64,000 bases of DNA, taken from assembly GCF_009834535.1 (NCBI RefSeq), contig NC_045714.1, forward strand, positions 8,370,001-8,434,000, written 5' to 3'. The translations under genes and the position numbers were made by a program. A model generated the notes under the pieces. It had not been told where the DNA came from and made no database searches. It was given only the letters and a program-made list of their open reading frames with translations. Every line of letters starts with the position of its first letter. Position 1 is the stretch's first letter. Of the stretch, positions 60,760 to 64,000 are shown piece after piece. Source of the stretch: Camelus ferus. Taxonomy: Eukaryota.

Positions 60760-61590
60760 AGCAGTCAAATCAAGAAGACGTTACATTCCCCAGGGCAGAG
60801 CTACAAATGACCAGTGAGCACATAACAAGACGCTCAGCATCATCCGTCATTAGGGAAAGGCAATCAGAACCACAGCAGGGTACCACCTCACAGCCACGAG
60901 GATGCCCGTAATCAAGACAGGCAATAACCAGCGTCGGTGAGGATGCGCAGAAATCAGAACCCTCGTACATTGCCGGTGGGACATAAAATGGCGCAGTTGC
61001 TTTGGAAAGCCGTTTAGCAGTTCCTCAGAAAGTTAAACATGGCGTTACTAGGTGACCCAGCAATTCCATTCCTAGGTCCACAGCCAAGAGAACGAAAACA
61101 TGTTCATACAAACACTTGTACACACAGGCTCGGAGCAGCATTGTTCACAACAGCCAAAAGGTGGAAACAACTCAGATGTCTATCAGCCGATGAATGGATA
61201 AACAAAATGTGGGGCATCCATACAATGGAGGCTTATTTAGCCCAATCAGACACTGAAGTACCCCTACCAGCCACAACACAGGAGACCCCTGAAAACATCA
61301 CGCTAAGCGGAAGCATCCAGATACAAAATGCCACATACTGTACGAAGCTCTTCATATAAAATGCCCAGAACAGGCAAATCCACAGAGACGGAAAGTAGAT
61401 TAGTGGTTGCCAGGGGCTGGGGGAGGGGAAATAGAGACGAACTGCTCGAGGAACCTCTCTGTGCCGTGATAAAAAATGTCCTGGGATCGATAGCGGGGAT
61501 GGCTGCACCGCCTTGCTGATGTACTAGAAAGCACTGAATTGTACACTTTAAAAGGGTGAATTTTATGGTTTGTGAATTATATCTCAGTCT
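60760..61590 (+). mobile_element. L1MB-like 3' portion
   Basis: gacccagcaattccattcctagg, aaaaggtggaaacaac, gtacactttaaaagggtgaattttatgg...tatatctca. Confidence 0.82.
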
Positions 61591-61699
61591 TGAAAATGAA
61601 GACATTTTATAAACAAACCCCCACACAGTGGGTGATGGGGTCGGGGGGTGAACACCCAACCCCGAGCAGAGAGTCCACAGGGAAGACAGACGGCTGGAT

Positions 61700-62130
61700 T
61701 TCAAGCCAATGAAAAGATGTTCAGTCTCATGAACAGCAAAATACAAGCAAAATGAAATTACAGCAGGACTTGGCATTCCCCCTACAAAACTGGTGAAAAG
61801 GGAGACATTCAGGAACAAGCAGGGGAGAGAATGTGAGAAAGGACAGCCACACCTATTGTTGGTGGGAGTGTAATTTGGCCGTCTCTTTGGAGGAGAACTC
61901 AGTACTATATATCCATATTTAAAAAGTCACAAGTTCTGTGAGCTTTAATTTCTGCTTCTAGAATGCTACCCTATAAATATAAATGCACAGAGGCACGAAG
62001 TTACATATAACACACACTATCTGCTGGACTATTGTCGTGGTGGCAAAATGTCAGAGACAAGCTAATTGCTTATCAGTAGGGACCTGTTGAGACCTGGTCA
62101 AATGAACGATCGCTCGTCCATACAATGCAA
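61700..62130 (+). mobile_element. Older L1ME fragment
   Basis: Diverged ORF2-end blocks (ttggtgggagtgtaa, tccatacaatgcaatact). Confidence 0.5.
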
Positions 62131-62189
62131 TACTCCCCGGGCATTGACATGAGAGGCAGGAAGAGGCTGGTGACATTTTCTCCTCCTGT

Positions 62190-62330
62190 GGTTGCCAATC
62201 CTGGCTGTGTATCGGAATCCTCTAGGAGCTTTTACCAGTTCAGATCCCTGGGCCTCAACCTCAGGGTCTCCTAGACAGAGGCTACAGGAGGGGACCTGGG
62301 CATCTAAGTTTTTAATAAGCCACCCAGGTA
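62190..62330. mobile_element. MER5-like hAT fragment truncated by the LTR
   Basis: cctggctgtgtatcggaatc...gggcatct...tttttaataagccacccaggt. Confidence 0.5.
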
Positions 62331-62334
62331 AGAT

Positions 62335-63170
62335 ATTGGGATATAATATAATGAGAAATACATATTTGGTCTTCATCCCTGTTTCTGGGACACAGCTTTA
62401 AAACTTAACTTTACGAGCCACGGGGATGACTTTTGTTTTTCGTAACAAGCCAGCCCCTTTTTAACCACATCTGAGTTTCTATTAATGAGGTGACTTCTGA
62501 AAAGCCCTAAGGGTGGGGGCCCTGGTTGCCAGGAGGACAAGTCATATGATTAAAGGTTGGGACTTTCAGCCTCAGCCCCCATCTCTGGGGTGGGGAGAGG
62601 GTGGGAGTCTTGAGTTTCATCTCCAGTGGCCAGTGACTTAATTAAGGTGCCTACCTAGTCAAGGATCCACAAAAGTCCCTAAAGGACAGGGTTCAGAGAG
62701 CTTCTGGGTTGGTGACCACGTGGAGGTCCTGGGAGGGTGGTGTGTCCTGAGAGGGCACGGAAGCTCCACTGCCCCCAGGATCCGCCCAGCCTCCCACCCC
62801 CACAGCTCTCCCCGGGAACCTCTCCCATCTGCCTGCTGCTGAGTTACATCCACTTATAATAAACTGGTAATCTAGTAAGTACACTGTTTTCCTAGTTCTG
62901 TGAGCCATTCTAGCAAGTAACTGAACCTGAACAGGAGGTCATGGGAACCTCTGATTTGTAACCACACAGGACAGAGGTTGTGGGTAACCTGGGGACTCCC
63001 CATGTGCAACTGGCAACTGAGGTAGGAGGGAGTCCGGTGGGACTGAGCCCTTAACCTGTGGGAACTGATGCTAACTCTTGGTGGATGATGTCAGAACCGA
63101 ACTGAATTATAGGACACCCAGCTGGGGTCACAGAACTACTTGGTGTGGAAAACCCACACATCTGCTGTCA
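62335..63170 (+). mobile_element. MER21-family LTR
   Basis: aataaactggtaa, ctagttctgtgagccattctagcaa, ggactgagcccttaacctgtgg, tgtcaga end. Confidence 0.78.
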
Positions 63171-63329
63171 GATGTGGTGTGAGCAGCAGAGCGCAGAGAG
63201 GGGAAACAGAGCAGGTGTTTTTTTCTTATACTAGGAAAATTTAAAGCCTCCAGAACCGATGATATGATTCATCACCTCACTGTTCAGAAGAAACTGAAGA
63301 CCAGAAACTTACATGTAAATGACAGCAAC

Positions 63330-63990
63330 CATAACCACCATGTAATCATGACTGCTAACAAATACAGAGCACCCACTCTGTGCCAGGCACTGAAATATGC
63401 TTTCATTGTATTTGATTCCTATACTGTAGGTACTATTATCATCCCACTTCACAGACAAGGAGGCTGAGGTTCAGAGAAGTTAAGTAACTGGCTTAAGGTC
63501 ACACAGCTGGTAGGTGGCAAAACCAGCAGTCTGATTCAGAGTTCCTATCCTCAACCACTAGGTTATACTACCTCTTCTTATGTAATTTATAGGTATCCTT
63601 CACATAGTAGAACTTAGTCACTTTTGATGCTTCTAATTTACAGCCTTCTACTCCAGGATAAAAATCAAATAGGTAAGTACATTGTCCAGTTTTAACACTG
63701 CCCTAATGCAGAGAAAATTCTGTTGTCTTCAATACTTTACTTGGTTTGTTTTTTTTTTTTGTTTTTTGTTTTTTGGATTCTTAAGTGCTGGGTAATACAT
63801 AGAACGCTTTGTGAATGATTTCCTTGAGTCCTCTCAGCAAATCTGTGATGCAGCTGTTCATATCCCCATTTTAGAGATGGGAAAACTGAGGCTTAGAAAA
63901 CCAAATGACCTGCTCCAGATCACACAGCTAGTATGTTGCAGAGCAGGGATTTCAACCTTGGTCTGTTAGACTCCAAAGAGGCCAGCCTTA
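63330..63990 (-). mobile_element. Two MIRs
   Basis: ggctgaggttcagagaagttaagtaactggcttaaggtcacacagct; gatgggaaaactgaggcttag. Confidence 0.65.
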
Positions 63991-64000
63991 GTTTTTACTT

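Noticed and set aside
61303-61818. 171-aa minus-strand ORF
   Set aside because: Antisense reading of L1 3' sequence; the low stop density follows from composition.
1-64000. CRISPR arrays, prokaryotic defence systems, rRNA/snRNA genes, processed pseudogenes, intact transposase or RT genes
   Set aside because: None seen; this is mammalian intronic DNA and all mobile elements are non-autonomous or degenerate.

Overview
Mammalian genomic DNA, most likely a camelid (camel/alpaca), judged from five copies of a tRNA-Ala-derived vic-1-like SINE and the absence of Alu/B1/Bov-A elements. The whole window lies inside BCAS1 (NABC1) on the minus strand. Eight coding exons splice with GT-AG sites into one open frame: 52757-52201, 34423-34277, 33098-33054, 30690-30556, 24117-23941, 16436-16395, 8944-8774, 1021-956 (1340 nt). 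The start and stop exons lie outside the window. Almost all other ORFs in the track are chance intronic or repeat-derived ORFs. Introns hold MIR, L2, L1, hAT MITEs, MaLR/ERV LTRs, two N gaps and a strong CTCF motif. Best lead: the exon-by-exon motif and intron-phase pattern matches Golli/myelin basic protein (MBP). Together with recalled synteny, this suggests BCAS1 is a cryptic MBP paralogue built from spliceable amphipathic-helix cassettes. Repeat family names and boundaries are by eye and approximate; comparisons to human/mouse/MBP come from memory, not from a search.
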